Shown here piece by piece: positions 39,434 to 48,512 of a DNA stretch of 64,000 nucleotides. The translations under genes and the position numbers were made by a program. The number at the start of each line of letters is the position of its first letter. Within the stretch, counting starts at the first letter, position 1. The stretch spans positions 44,170 to 108,169 of the forward strand of contig JBHLMN010000022.1 of assembly GCA_048938105.1 (NCBI GenBank). The letters run 5' to 3'. The stretch is from Promethearchaeota archaeon. GTDB lineage: Archaea > Asgardarchaeota > Heimdallarchaeia > Hodarchaeales > Hodarchaeaceae. Below the pieces are notes generated by a model that saw nothing but the letters and a program-made list of their open reading frames with translations, had not been told where the DNA came from and ran no database searches.

Positions 39434-42400
39434 TTGAAATGGAGTACCACAGTTCTCATACTAATGCTTTTCATTTGGCTATTGGTCTGTGGAAAAAGCC
39501 AAGAGCTTTCATTCACCCCTGAAAATCAACTCTCTAATGGTCAGGCTGCTGATCCTCGGTTTGGTAATTCCAAAATACATCAATACACTCCCCATGATCC
39601 CATTATTATTACAAGAAATAGTGATTTTGCCTCCCAAGGATATCCTGGTTCAGGAACTATTGATGATCCATATTGGATTAAGGGATTTAATATTACTTCT
39701 CCTGATGGTGATTTAATTGCCATTAGTGATACTACTGCATATTTCTGTATTGCTAACAACTATCTCAATGGATTATCCACAGCGTGGGGAGGTATCGTCC
39801 TGAACAACGTTATTAACGGAATAATCGAAGACAATCTCGTGTTAAACCATGAATATTTAGGAATAGTGACTTATTCCTCATCCAATATTGTTATAGTTAA
39901 CAATATTGCTTTCAATAATGGTTTGAACGGAATTCGACTTGAAATGGAATCAAATAATAACCTACTTGAAAACAATACTGTTCTGGATAACAAAGCAGAT
40001 GGGATTTGGATGGGAATTTCATGTAACTATAATAGGATTATCAATAATACGGTCTATGCTAACATTGGGATTGGAATCTATTTTGGTTTGGAAGATTTTT
40101 CATATACTGGGTGTAGTGATAGCTTCATTTTCCGTAATTTTATTTACAATAACAGCTATGGCATAAAATTCGAGTCTTCAGATAATAACATAATCATTGG
40201 TAATAAAATTTCCAATAATACTCATCATGCCATTTATCTTGACGCTACGTCTGATAGTAACAGAATAGCAATTAATAATTTTTTTAACAATAATCTAGGG
40301 GAGCAGTCTCAAGCTTATGACGATGGAGCTGCCAATGTAATTTTTGCAAATCATTGGGACGACTGGATCACACCAGATGACGATGGAGATGGGATTGTCG
40401 ACGCCCCCTACAATATCAGTGGTCTATCAACAACACAAGATGGATTTGCACATGTATCTGCTATCATACCGCACAGCGACATTTCTATTGATGGAGATGC
40501 GATGTTTCATGCTACTGCGGCTGCCGAAAATTGGCCTGGGAACGGAACCTTGTCAAATCCCTATATCATTGAGAGACTTATCATGATTGACATAAGGAAT
40601 CGGACATTGATTGAAATTGCCAACACAAGCATCCATTTTCAAATAAGAGACAGCTTACCTTGGGGAGGATCTATCGTTTTCTCTAAGGTTTCACATGGAA
40701 TAATTCACAATAATACTATGGTTCGGAGTGGGATAGCCATTTATTCCTCCAGAAATTGTACCGTGTCAGATAATTTAGTAACTGGTGACTCAGGAGACGG
40801 AATACACCTCCTAAACTCCAATCACACATCCATTCTTAGTAATCAAGTGTTCAATAATCAAGGTCAGGGAATTTCCATTGACACCTCTTGGGATAGCACC
40901 ATCTCTGGAAATACTGTAAACAACAACAACGAAGACGGAATTCGCTTTAAGGATTCTACAGCCATTATTATTTCTAACAACACGGTTTCCCAAAACGGGG
41001 TTGGAATTTATCTTGGGAGTTCTAATAATAGCACTATTTCTAACAATATAGTCACCGACAACAAACACAATGGAATTTTTCTTGAGGATTCATCTAATAG
41101 CGCTATTTCCAACAATACAATCACTGGTTCTCCGTGGAGTGGAATTCGGCTATTAAATTCTAGTGAAAGTACCTTGGGAAATAATTCGATCACCGAATGT
41201 AGTGATGGAATTTCGGTTGATGAGTCGGAAACACTCACCCTGACCAATAATATGGTCACTAGCAACAGTGCGGATGGAATTGACCTTTTTTATTCAGGGA
41301 ATAGCATCCTATCGGGGAATATGGTCTCTAATAATGGTGGTAATGGATTTAATATTTTTGATTCAGAGACCAGTGTTCTGACTGCCAATACAGCCTCTAA
41401 TAACAATGACCTTGGAATTTTTCTTAGAGATTCTACAGACATTACCCTTTCCAACAATACAATCAAGAGCAACAGCGGTGGAATTTTTCTTTGGTATTCT
41501 GGGAATAACACACTTGTGAGCAACACTATCACAAACAATGGAAACATAGGAATAATCCTTGCTACTTCCAAAAACAATACGATTTTAGATAATATTTTGG
41601 TAAATAATGATCTTTTCATCGGGCATGCCGAAATTAATTGGGATATGCATGTGACATCTCCTACTCTAACTGATTATTTTCAAGCTGATGTAATGAACAA
41701 TTCTATAAACGGGAAACCGCTCGTATATTGGCAACATGCTGCAGGTGGAACAATACCAGCTGGAGCTGCCCAGGTCATTCTGGTGAACTGTACGGCAGTA
41801 ACAGTGGCGAATCAAGATCTTTCAAATGTCTTGTTTGGTTTACAAACGATTTCCAGCTCATGCGTGTCCATCTTAAACAATGTCATAGTTAATACTAGTA
41901 TATCTGGAATCTATCTTCTAGATTCTATTAATAGCACGATTGCTGATAATAAAATTACACACAACTATGGACTTGGAATTTTTCTTCAGGATTCTAATTC
42001 TAGCGCTATTTCCAACAATACGGTCACCAACAACAGACACAATGGAATTTTTCTTGAGGATTCTAACAATAGCAATAGTTCAAAGAATGTTGTCACCGAC
42101 AATGATGGTCATGGATTTTATCTTGGGAATTCTAAGAATTGTATGATTTCATCAAACATTATTTCTTACAATCGTGGAAAGGGAGTCGAAGTTAATGATT
42201 CTACCAACATCATCATTTCCAGCAATACCATCTCTAGTAACGACAATGGGATTCATCTTGAGAATTCATGCAATAGCGTTATCTCTGACAATACAATAAA
42301 CTACAATGAGGAAGACGGAATTCTATTTAGGGCCTCGGAGAATAGCACTATTTCCAACAATACGGTATCCAATAACATGAAAGGAATTATTCTTGGGGCC

Positions 42401-43021
42401 TCTGGGAATTGTGTTATTTATAACAATACAATCACTGACCATGATTTTCAGGGAATCGAAATTCATCGTTCTACAGCTATTACTATTTCCAACAATATAG
42501 TCTCCAACAACGACAACAATGGAATTATCCTTGAGAATTCATCCAATAGCGTTATTTCTGACAATACAATAAACTACAATAGCGGAAACGGAATTGTATT
42601 TTGGTACGATGAAATCTTAATTTCTAAAAATAACTTAATTTCTCATAATACAGTGTCTAACAATAGTGGATATGGTATTTTTATAGGTGGATCATCTAAG
42701 TTTTGCAATGTATCGTGGAACATTTTTAATGGGAATAATCGTGAGGGAACATCTCAAGCTAAAGACGATGGAAGAAATAATACCTTTGAACATAATTACT
42801 GGGACGATTGGACGGAACCCGACACGGACGGGGATGGGGTTGTTGATACACCTTATGATATTGATGGTGATGCAGAGAATCAAGATATGTACCCACGCGT
42901 TTCTCCAAATCCTGTTTCCACCCCATTTTTGAGCGAAAATATCCTCATGGGGTTAGTTTTTCTCGTACTCATCCTTCCTGTCCTGGGGATCTTAATTCGC
43001 AAGCAGAAGAGAAATTTTTGA
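39434..43021 (+). CDS. Large multi-domain NosD/CASH surface protein
   Basis: Signal peptide, several PbH1 blocks, NGKPLVYW, NYWDDW, TM + RKQKRNF. Confidence 0.92.
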   Translation: MKWSTTVLILMLFIWLLVCGKSQELSFTPENQLSNGQAADPRFGNSKIHQYTPHDPIIITRNSDFASQGYPGSGTIDDPYWIKGFNITSPDGDLIAISDTTAYFCIANNYLNGLSTAWGGIVLNNVINGIIEDNLVLNHEYLGIVTYSSSNIVIVNNIAFNNGLNGIRLEMESNNNLLENNTVLDNKADGIWMGISCNYNRIINNTVYANIGIGIYFGLEDFSYTGCSDSFIFRNFIYNNSYGIKFESSDNNIIIGNKISNNTHHAIYLDATSDSNRIAINNFFNNNLGEQSQAYDDGAANVIFANHWDDWITPDDDGDGIVDAPYNISGLSTTQDGFAHVSAIIPHSDISIDGDAMFHATAAAENWPGNGTLSNPYIIERLIMIDIRNRTLIEIANTSIHFQIRDSLPWGGSIVFSKVSHGIIHNNTMVRSGIAIYSSRNCTVSDNLVTGDSGDGIHLLNSNHTSILSNQVFNNQGQGISIDTSWDSTISGNTVNNNNEDGIRFKDSTAIIISNNTVSQNGVGIYLGSSNNSTISNNIVTDNKHNGIFLEDSSNSAISNNTITGSPWSGIRLLNSSESTLGNNSITECSDGISVDESETLTLTNNMVTSNSADGIDLFYSGNSILSGNMVSNNGGNGFNIFDSETSVLTANTASNNNDLGIFLRDSTDITLSNNTIKSNSGGIFLWYSGNNTLVSNTITNNGNIGIILATSKNNTILDNILVNNDLFIGHAEINWDMHVTSPTLTDYFQADVMNNSINGKPLVYWQHAAGGTIPAGAAQVILVNCTAVTVANQDLSNVLFGLQTISSSCVSILNNVIVNTSISGIYLLDSINSTIADNKITHNYGLGIFLQDSNSSAISNNTVTNNRHNGIFLEDSNNSNSSKNVVTDNDGHGFYLGNSKNCMISSNIISYNRGKGVEVNDSTNIIISSNTISSNDNGIHLENSCNSVISDNTINYNEEDGILFRASENSTISNNTVSNNMKGIILGASGNCVIYNNTITDHDFQGIEIHRSTAITISNNIVSNNDNNGIILENSSNSVISDNTINYNSGNGIVFWYDEILISKNNLISHNTVSNNSGYGIFIGGSSKFCNVSWNIFNGNNREGTSQAKDDGRNNTFEHNYWDDWTEPDTDGDGVVDTPYDIDGDAENQDMYPRVSPNPVSTPFLSENILMGLVFLVLILPVLGILIRKQKRNF

Positions 43022-43157
43022 GGTAAAATATACGACATAAAAAGCATTTAAGCCTCAAAAAGCTACAACCCGTAATTTGGGATTAGGTCCAAAGGTGATT
43101 CTCTGGGGAAAAAAAAAAAGGTATTTCTCAAAAAAAGGGATGAGTATGTGATATGCA

Positions 43158-43206
43158 GACTCACTCCTCCTAGGTATTGAAAAAGCGCTTATTTACTCAT
43201 GAAAAT
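43158..43206 (+). repeat. Junction core copy
   Basis: gactcactcctcctaggtattgaaaaagcgcttatttactcatgaaaat. Confidence 0.9.
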
Positions 43207-43240
43207 TCGCAGGAAGTGTAAACAGTGAATAAGCTATATG

Positions 43241-44941
43241 TCATTCTTTTCTTTTAATAATTCCTTTTTGTAGTATTAGAGCGACAGTTATTAGTACAGT
43301 GATAATCAATCCGCCTATAACATTACCAGGAAAACCATTGGCATTTGTTCTAGTACTAGGAGTACTATTGACACTTGTACTAGTAGATTCCACCAAGGTT
43401 GTGGTAATAGTTGTATAACCAAAATTAATGATTGTGAATGTATTATCAGATGTATCAGTATTCCAGACCCCATCAGCACAGCTCGCGTTTACTTTGATCA
43501 AATAGTTGGTGCCATTAGGTACTGTGGTGATATCCCATATATACATGGTTCCAGTAAAACCTGACTCCAAGGTAACCCACGATGTCCCCCCATCAGCGGA
43601 AAAAGAGACAGAATACGTGATTGAATGAGCCCAGGAATCAACACCATCTGTCCAAAAAATCGCGATTTCGTCTGAAAATGTCTCTTCACCATTAGGATGC
43701 GATACTGTTAGACCGAATATAAAGTGATTTTGAGGTAGATTCGAGGACGTGAGCGGATAGATATCTTGGTTATTCACTGAACCAGCAATAGGATAGGATT
43801 CATCTACAATACCATCCGTATCATTATCTGGGGTTGTCCAGTCACTCCAATAGTTAAACACGAAAATATTATTCGAACCATTATCAACTGCTTGAGATCC
43901 CGTATCAATGTTTCCAGAGAACTCATTGAATAGAACTCTGTTATTAACAGAGCCATCTCGAAGTGAAACTCCATACCTATAGTTGTTGGTGAGAGTATTG
44001 TTGGATATCATACTGTTCTCAGAGTATTTAAAGCTAATTCCGTCCCCATTGTTGTCGTTAATACTATTGTCAGAGAGAATACAATTCTCAGAAGTACGAA
44101 GGGAAACTCCAGATTGATTGTTATTGTTGATAGTATTGCCAGATAAAGTGTTATTAAATGAGGCAGTAAGACGAATTCCGTATTTAGTATTATTGGTAAC
44201 GACATTGTCAGAGATGATACTATCCTCAGAGGAGCTGAGCCAAATTCCATTTCCACTGTTGTCGGTGACAACATTGTTGGTTAAAGTAGAATTCCCAGAA
44301 GTGATGAGACGAATTCCAAATCTACTGCTGTTGACAACAATATTATTGAACAGAGTAATACTTCTAGAGTAAAGAATCTCAATTCCTCCCAAACAATTGT
44401 TGGTAATTATATTATTAGATAATTGTCCATTAGTCACATTTTCTAGATAAATTCCAAATTCTCCTTGGTTTATTATACAGTTACTGATTCGAAAATATAA
44501 ATTAGTATCCAGAATAGTTATCATGTTATAATCATAGGAGCCAGAAATATTAAAATCATCAATGAGAATCGGAGACGAGGGGGTTCCATTACCAGGCCAA
44601 TTATTCTTACTTGCTTGGGCAATGAAAAGAGAATCCCCCTCTATATAGATATAAGGATATTGTTTGGTTTCATTTATCACGTCTGCTTCGAATTTATCAC
44701 GCAATTCCTGATTGAAACTCAAGATCTCTTGAGAAGAATCACTAAGGATCCAAGGACATGCTTCTATATCATCCTGGGTTTGACCAGGAAATTGAGATGC
44801 TAGATCATTTGAATAAAGGCATTTGGATTGAACCATTATAGGACTGACCAAAAGGCTAAAAATACTCATGAATAGTACAAAATACAAAATGAATAGTTTT
44901 AACAAGGAGTATATAATTTGAATTTTATGAAACTTCATCAT
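43241..44941 (-). CDS. NosD/CASH surface protein, paralog of 9931-11886 with different N-terminus and fewer repeats
   Basis: Shared WPGNGTPSSPILI and WTTPDNDTDGIVDE...NNQDIYPLTSSN through the TM tail. Confidence 0.9.
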   Translation of the reverse strand: MMKFHKIQIIYSLLKLFILYFVLFMSIFSLLVSPIMVQSKCLYSNDLASQFPGQTQDDIEACPWILSDSSQEILSFNQELRDKFEADVINETKQYPYIYIEGDSLFIAQASKNNWPGNGTPSSPILIDDFNISGSYDYNMITILDTNLYFRISNCIINQGEFGIYLENVTNGQLSNNIITNNCLGGIEILYSRSITLFNNIVVNSSRFGIRLITSGNSTLTNNVVTDNSGNGIWLSSSEDSIISDNVVTNNTKYGIRLTASFNNTLSGNTINNNNQSGVSLRTSENCILSDNSINDNNGDGISFKYSENSMISNNTLTNNYRYGVSLRDGSVNNRVLFNEFSGNIDTGSQAVDNGSNNIFVFNYWSDWTTPDNDTDGIVDESYPIAGSVNNQDIYPLTSSNLPQNHFIFGLTVSHPNGEETFSDEIAIFWTDGVDSWAHSITYSVSFSADGGTSWVTLESGFTGTMYIWDITTVPNGTNYLIKVNASCADGVWNTDTSDNTFTIINFGYTTITTTLVESTSTSVNSTPSTRTNANGFPGNVIGGLIITVLITVALILQKGIIKRKE

Positions 44942-45142
44942 TCCCCTTCAACTTGTTACTCCGACTTTCTTGATAAATAGGAAGATAGGAAAAACTTCCC
45001 ATTATTATTTTAATTCTGATCAAACACATTACTTTGAGTTTTATTATAACAACCCTAATGAATACTGTCTAAGGATAATCATTAAATGATAATTAAAAAG
45101 AGCTCCTTGGTTCTAGTCATTTTTTTTTTCTTTATGACTCTT

Positions 45143-45380
45143 TAGTCCTATTAGCTTTCACTTATACTTTACGAGACCAATTTAGGACAAAAACCTGAAC
45201 AAGAATACAAGATGGGTGTATTCGGATTGAAATTTACAGGTCGCCTGTGTTTCGTAAAACCTCAATCGATAAATCATGCAAAATTGTTTCGATAGTTTTT
45301 CTGTCAGTTGGTGTAGACTCAAAATACAGAACTCTCAACTCATCCGCTAATTCAGGCCCTCGTCAGTTGTTACAGTTTCC
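45143..45380. pseudogene. TM-tail relic (+) fused to GTPase 3' relic (-)
   Basis: 45143-45225 matches about 21533-21615; 45221-45380 matches the GTPase C-terminal coding region. Confidence 0.85.
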
Positions 45381-45406
45381 CTTACATGAATTATTATTAA
45401 GACGGA

Positions 45407-46753
45407 TTAAATCCTTAAGTTGTAATGGAGGGTGTCTTGTAAATCTTGGATTTCTGCAATTGGAACTTGATTCACATGTGTCAGGGGATTATCGGTTAGA
45501 ATAACATATTTTAAAGCGGGACAGGAGTCTAGCGGGGAGAGATCAATGGTTTCCAACGAATTCCTATTAAAGAATAACTCCCATAACGACGGATGATTCC
45601 TGAACGGGGATAGATCAATGGAGGTAATAGCATTATCACCCAACCTGAGTTCACGAAATTTAGGACAGTGCTGCAAGGGGGAAAGGTCTATGGTCTGAAA
45701 ACGATTGTGGCTCAAGTCGAGATCTTTGAATTCAGGTAACTGTGCCAACGGGGAAAGGTCAAGAGCGGTTAATTCATTGTCTTTCAATGAAATTTCTTCT
45801 AGATGGTCACAATTTCTGAGGGGGGAGAGGTCAAGACTTTGAAGTCCGTTATTAAATATAGTTATATCTTCTAGACTGTTTTTCGGAGGCATGGGGGGTA
45901 ACACAACGGATGTCAAGGTTCTTAAAGAAAGAATTCCAATATATCTTAGGACAGGGAGGTGAGCTAATGGGGTCAAGTCAAGAGTCTGAAAATCGGTTCC
46001 TTCCGATAATTCGAAGTGGGTCAATTTCTGACAATATCGAATCAGGTCAAAACAGACCATATCAATGATGTTCAAGTTTTCAGGGATCTTGAATTCGGTG
46101 ATATCTCGTGTTTCCTTGAGTGGTTCCAAGGAGATGTACGGAAAGTCAAGGAATACATTCTTAATGAATGTTTCTTCAATGATCCGTGTAGGTGGGAAGA
46201 ATCTTTCCATGAACAGAGTACACGGGACATAAGCATTCCCTGTTTCTTCATCTCGAATGACCCGATAATCAGTAAATGTTGAGATAAGGCGCGCCTGATC
46301 AATAATCTCAGATAATGTCAGGTCAATCTTCTCTGGTATTTCGGGATAAATAATCAATTGACTCTTTCGCCCAAAGACATACCCGCTATATTTTATTTCT
46401 AATTCTTCTGGATCAAAGATTGTTTCTGAGATTGGCATCCAAACAGGTCTTTCTAGAACTTCGTTGATAGAGATCCGTTCATAGTTTTTCTTCATCTTTT
46501 CTTTACTAATCGTGGTTAAGGGACAAAGATAAAATACTAGATCCTGGTCACGGTATTCTAACACGGTATACAGATAATTCGTGGGATCGCCGAGATTCAC
46601 GTTGAGTTCTTGGGCGACTAATGTGGCAATGATAGAATCATCTTTGTCATACCGCAATTCACGCCTTGTTTGAGCAATCTTCTCGCTTATTTCCGCCTTC
46701 GAGAGTTGTTTCTGTTCGTGGATCTTCCTGATTACCTGTTCCTTACTCTGCAT
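45407..46753 (-). CDS. LRR protein with DUF2240/RPA-N-like helical N-terminus
   Basis: LDLSPL repeats; N-terminal I..KI....LS..EI...I.....L......IA.LVAQELNV; paralog of 55647-57083. Confidence 0.85.
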   Translation of the reverse strand: MQSKEQVIRKIHEQKQLSKAEISEKIAQTRRELRYDKDDSIIATLVAQELNVNLGDPTNYLYTVLEYRDQDLVFYLCPLTTISKEKMKKNYERISINEVLERPVWMPISETIFDPEELEIKYSGYVFGRKSQLIIYPEIPEKIDLTLSEIIDQARLISTFTDYRVIRDEETGNAYVPCTLFMERFFPPTRIIEETFIKNVFLDFPYISLEPLKETRDITEFKIPENLNIIDMVCFDLIRYCQKLTHFELSEGTDFQTLDLTPLAHLPVLRYIGILSLRTLTSVVLPPMPPKNSLEDITIFNNGLQSLDLSPLRNCDHLEEISLKDNELTALDLSPLAQLPEFKDLDLSHNRFQTIDLSPLQHCPKFRELRLGDNAITSIDLSPFRNHPSLWELFFNRNSLETIDLSPLDSCPALKYVILTDNPLTHVNQVPIAEIQDLQDTLHYNLRI

Positions 46754-47020
46754 CCCGAGCCCTCATGCTACGCGTTTTCCACCCATACCTGCTTGAGTTG
46801 AATATATTTTTGATCATTCTGATGATTGATCTCAACTTCTCTTACCTCCATAAATACCCTTTGTTTTTATGTCTGCTATGGTGATTTGTCTCTATCACGA
46901 ATCAGTTCAGTCATCCAATAGTATAAGGGGCCAAAGAACATCCCAAAAAGTCCGACCACGAAAAGTACAGGGGAGACTAAGGTAAGGTCAACTCCATAAA
47001 CGAATTCCCAATAAGATCGC

Positions 47021-47163
47021 GAGGAATGTGTTCGAAGTGGAAAGAGGGAGTCGTTTTACTCATGGGAGGGGTCTCTCCAAGGAAAATTCTACGATGTAGC
47101 TTACTCCTCCTAGGTATTGCAGAGGTTCTTATTTACTCCTGAAAATTTCAATTGAAATTCAGA
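47021..47163 (-). repeat. HerA 5' relic + junction core (47098-47146) + GTPase end
   Basis: gaggaatgtgttcgaagtggaaagaggg...actcctcctaggtattgcagaggttcttatttactcctgaaaatttcaattgaaattc. Confidence 0.9.
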
Positions 47164-47508
47164 TCCCACCAAATATAGTTTTCATTTGCATTTCCAACGA
47201 AATCTTTTGGAAACAATGGAAACGAGAAGAATGAGGAAAAGTAAACTGAAGGAAGAAAAGGGTAACGAAAAGGAGGCTGGTTGATAGTGGTAGACATCAG
47301 ATCAGACCTCAGGCCATGTACTATAGATTTTGGAGGATGAGACATGGAACTCTTCTATGATATCGTCTACATCAAGGAGCACCCACGTGTCAACGGTACA
47401 TGGTAGACAGGTGAAGTTTTCACCCCAATATTGGTACGGGAAGGTAATATGAAAGAAGACGAAAAACTACTATACTGGAACTCGTCGTTGTATCCCTGAA
47501 AGCGTACC

Positions 47509-48495
47509 TTAATTTTGACTCCCTTTTTTCCATTGAAATAACGGCTTTAACTTGTCCCTCTTTTTCTGGAACTTATTGTTTTCTTCTACAATAAATATAA
47601 CAGAATCTTCTGCTTCTAATTTCTCCCAGAGAACGTTTAACTCTAATTTATATTCACCAGGTTCAAGTTTATACAAAATCGCATTCTGTGTTTCAGCTAT
47701 TAATTCGTTGTTTATCTTCCATGTGTATTTGGGTTTATTTATTATCGTCTTTTTTCCAGTAAAATAACTTAGAGAACGTAATTTTACTGGAGGAGAGATG
47801 GCTTCATCTCCTTGTTTTGGGGACATGATTTTTGCGACCAACTGCAGAGGCTTAGCATCTGGTACTTTTAAGGTGGAACTAATCGTATTTACATTATTAT
47901 ATGCTATTATTTCTATTAAACAGTTTTCACCACCAATTAAAGCTTCTTTTTTGATCATAATTTCGTTGATTGTCAATCTTGAAGCAATTCTTCGCCAGTT
48001 AATTCCCCCATCTGCACTTGTTCGAACAGTAAAATACAGGGGAATAGATTCTGAATGAGTAGCTTTCCAATAGACTCTATATGTATCTTCATCCCTCTCT
48101 TCTATCTTGACTTCTTCTTCAAAAATCGGTTTTCCAGCTGGTATAATAATTTCATGAATTTCAATATCTTTGAAAATAAATGTTATTCTATTTGCTCCCT
48201 CTGGAAAGGGTATTTTTGACTTAACAAATAATGTCTCATTTGTCACTAATCTTTTAAATTTATCTTTATTCTCAAAAAGTTTTGGATAAGTTCTTGAACC
48301 CAAGTTTGCACCCCATTGTAGCAACAGTTGTTCATCATTATACAACGCGATTGTTAATGGGCTTTCTTCAAAATTTTTTACTCCCATAGAGTTCAAAGTT
48401 AGGTATGAGGGTCGTAAATACAGCTTATTATCAGGGGATAAATATCCTGAAATACTTAAATATTGAACAGGTTTGTTTTTATCTTTTCCTTTCAC
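47509..48495 (-). CDS. Hypothetical beta-sandwich protein, partner of the upstream metallopeptidase
   Basis: Y.VR.SADGG.NW and I.SP..G Ig/PKD-like segments; 17 bp downstream of 48513-51341. Confidence 0.7.
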   Translation of the reverse strand: MKGKDKNKPVQYLSISGYLSPDNKLYLRPSYLTLNSMGVKNFEESPLTIALYNDEQLLLQWGANLGSRTYPKLFENKDKFKRLVTNETLFVKSKIPFPEGANRITFIFKDIEIHEIIIPAGKPIFEEEVKIEERDEDTYRVYWKATHSESIPLYFTVRTSADGGINWRRIASRLTINEIMIKKEALIGGENCLIEIIAYNNVNTISSTLKVPDAKPLQLVAKIMSPKQGDEAISPPVKLRSLSYFTGKKTIINKPKYTWKINNELIAETQNAILYKLEPGEYKLELNVLWEKLEAEDSVIFIVEENNKFQKKRDKLKPLFQWKKGSQN

Positions 48496-48512
48496 TTTTC
48501 TACATCCTCTAA

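Larger units (their letters stand above)
39302..43206 (+). mobile_element. Putative gene cassette: CASH gene between two 49-bp direct repeats
   Basis: Repeats 39302-39350 and 43158-43206 are 45/49 identical; no recombinase inside. Confidence 0.55.

Noticed and set aside
47011-47020. ATAAGATCGC as an RDD relic fused to the HerA relic
   Set aside because: Context fits, but 10 bp is too short to support
47344-47499. RBS-led short ORF with in-frame TAG (possible pyrrolysine readthrough)
   Set aside because: Short, with no recognisable family or pyl context; more likely another gene remnant
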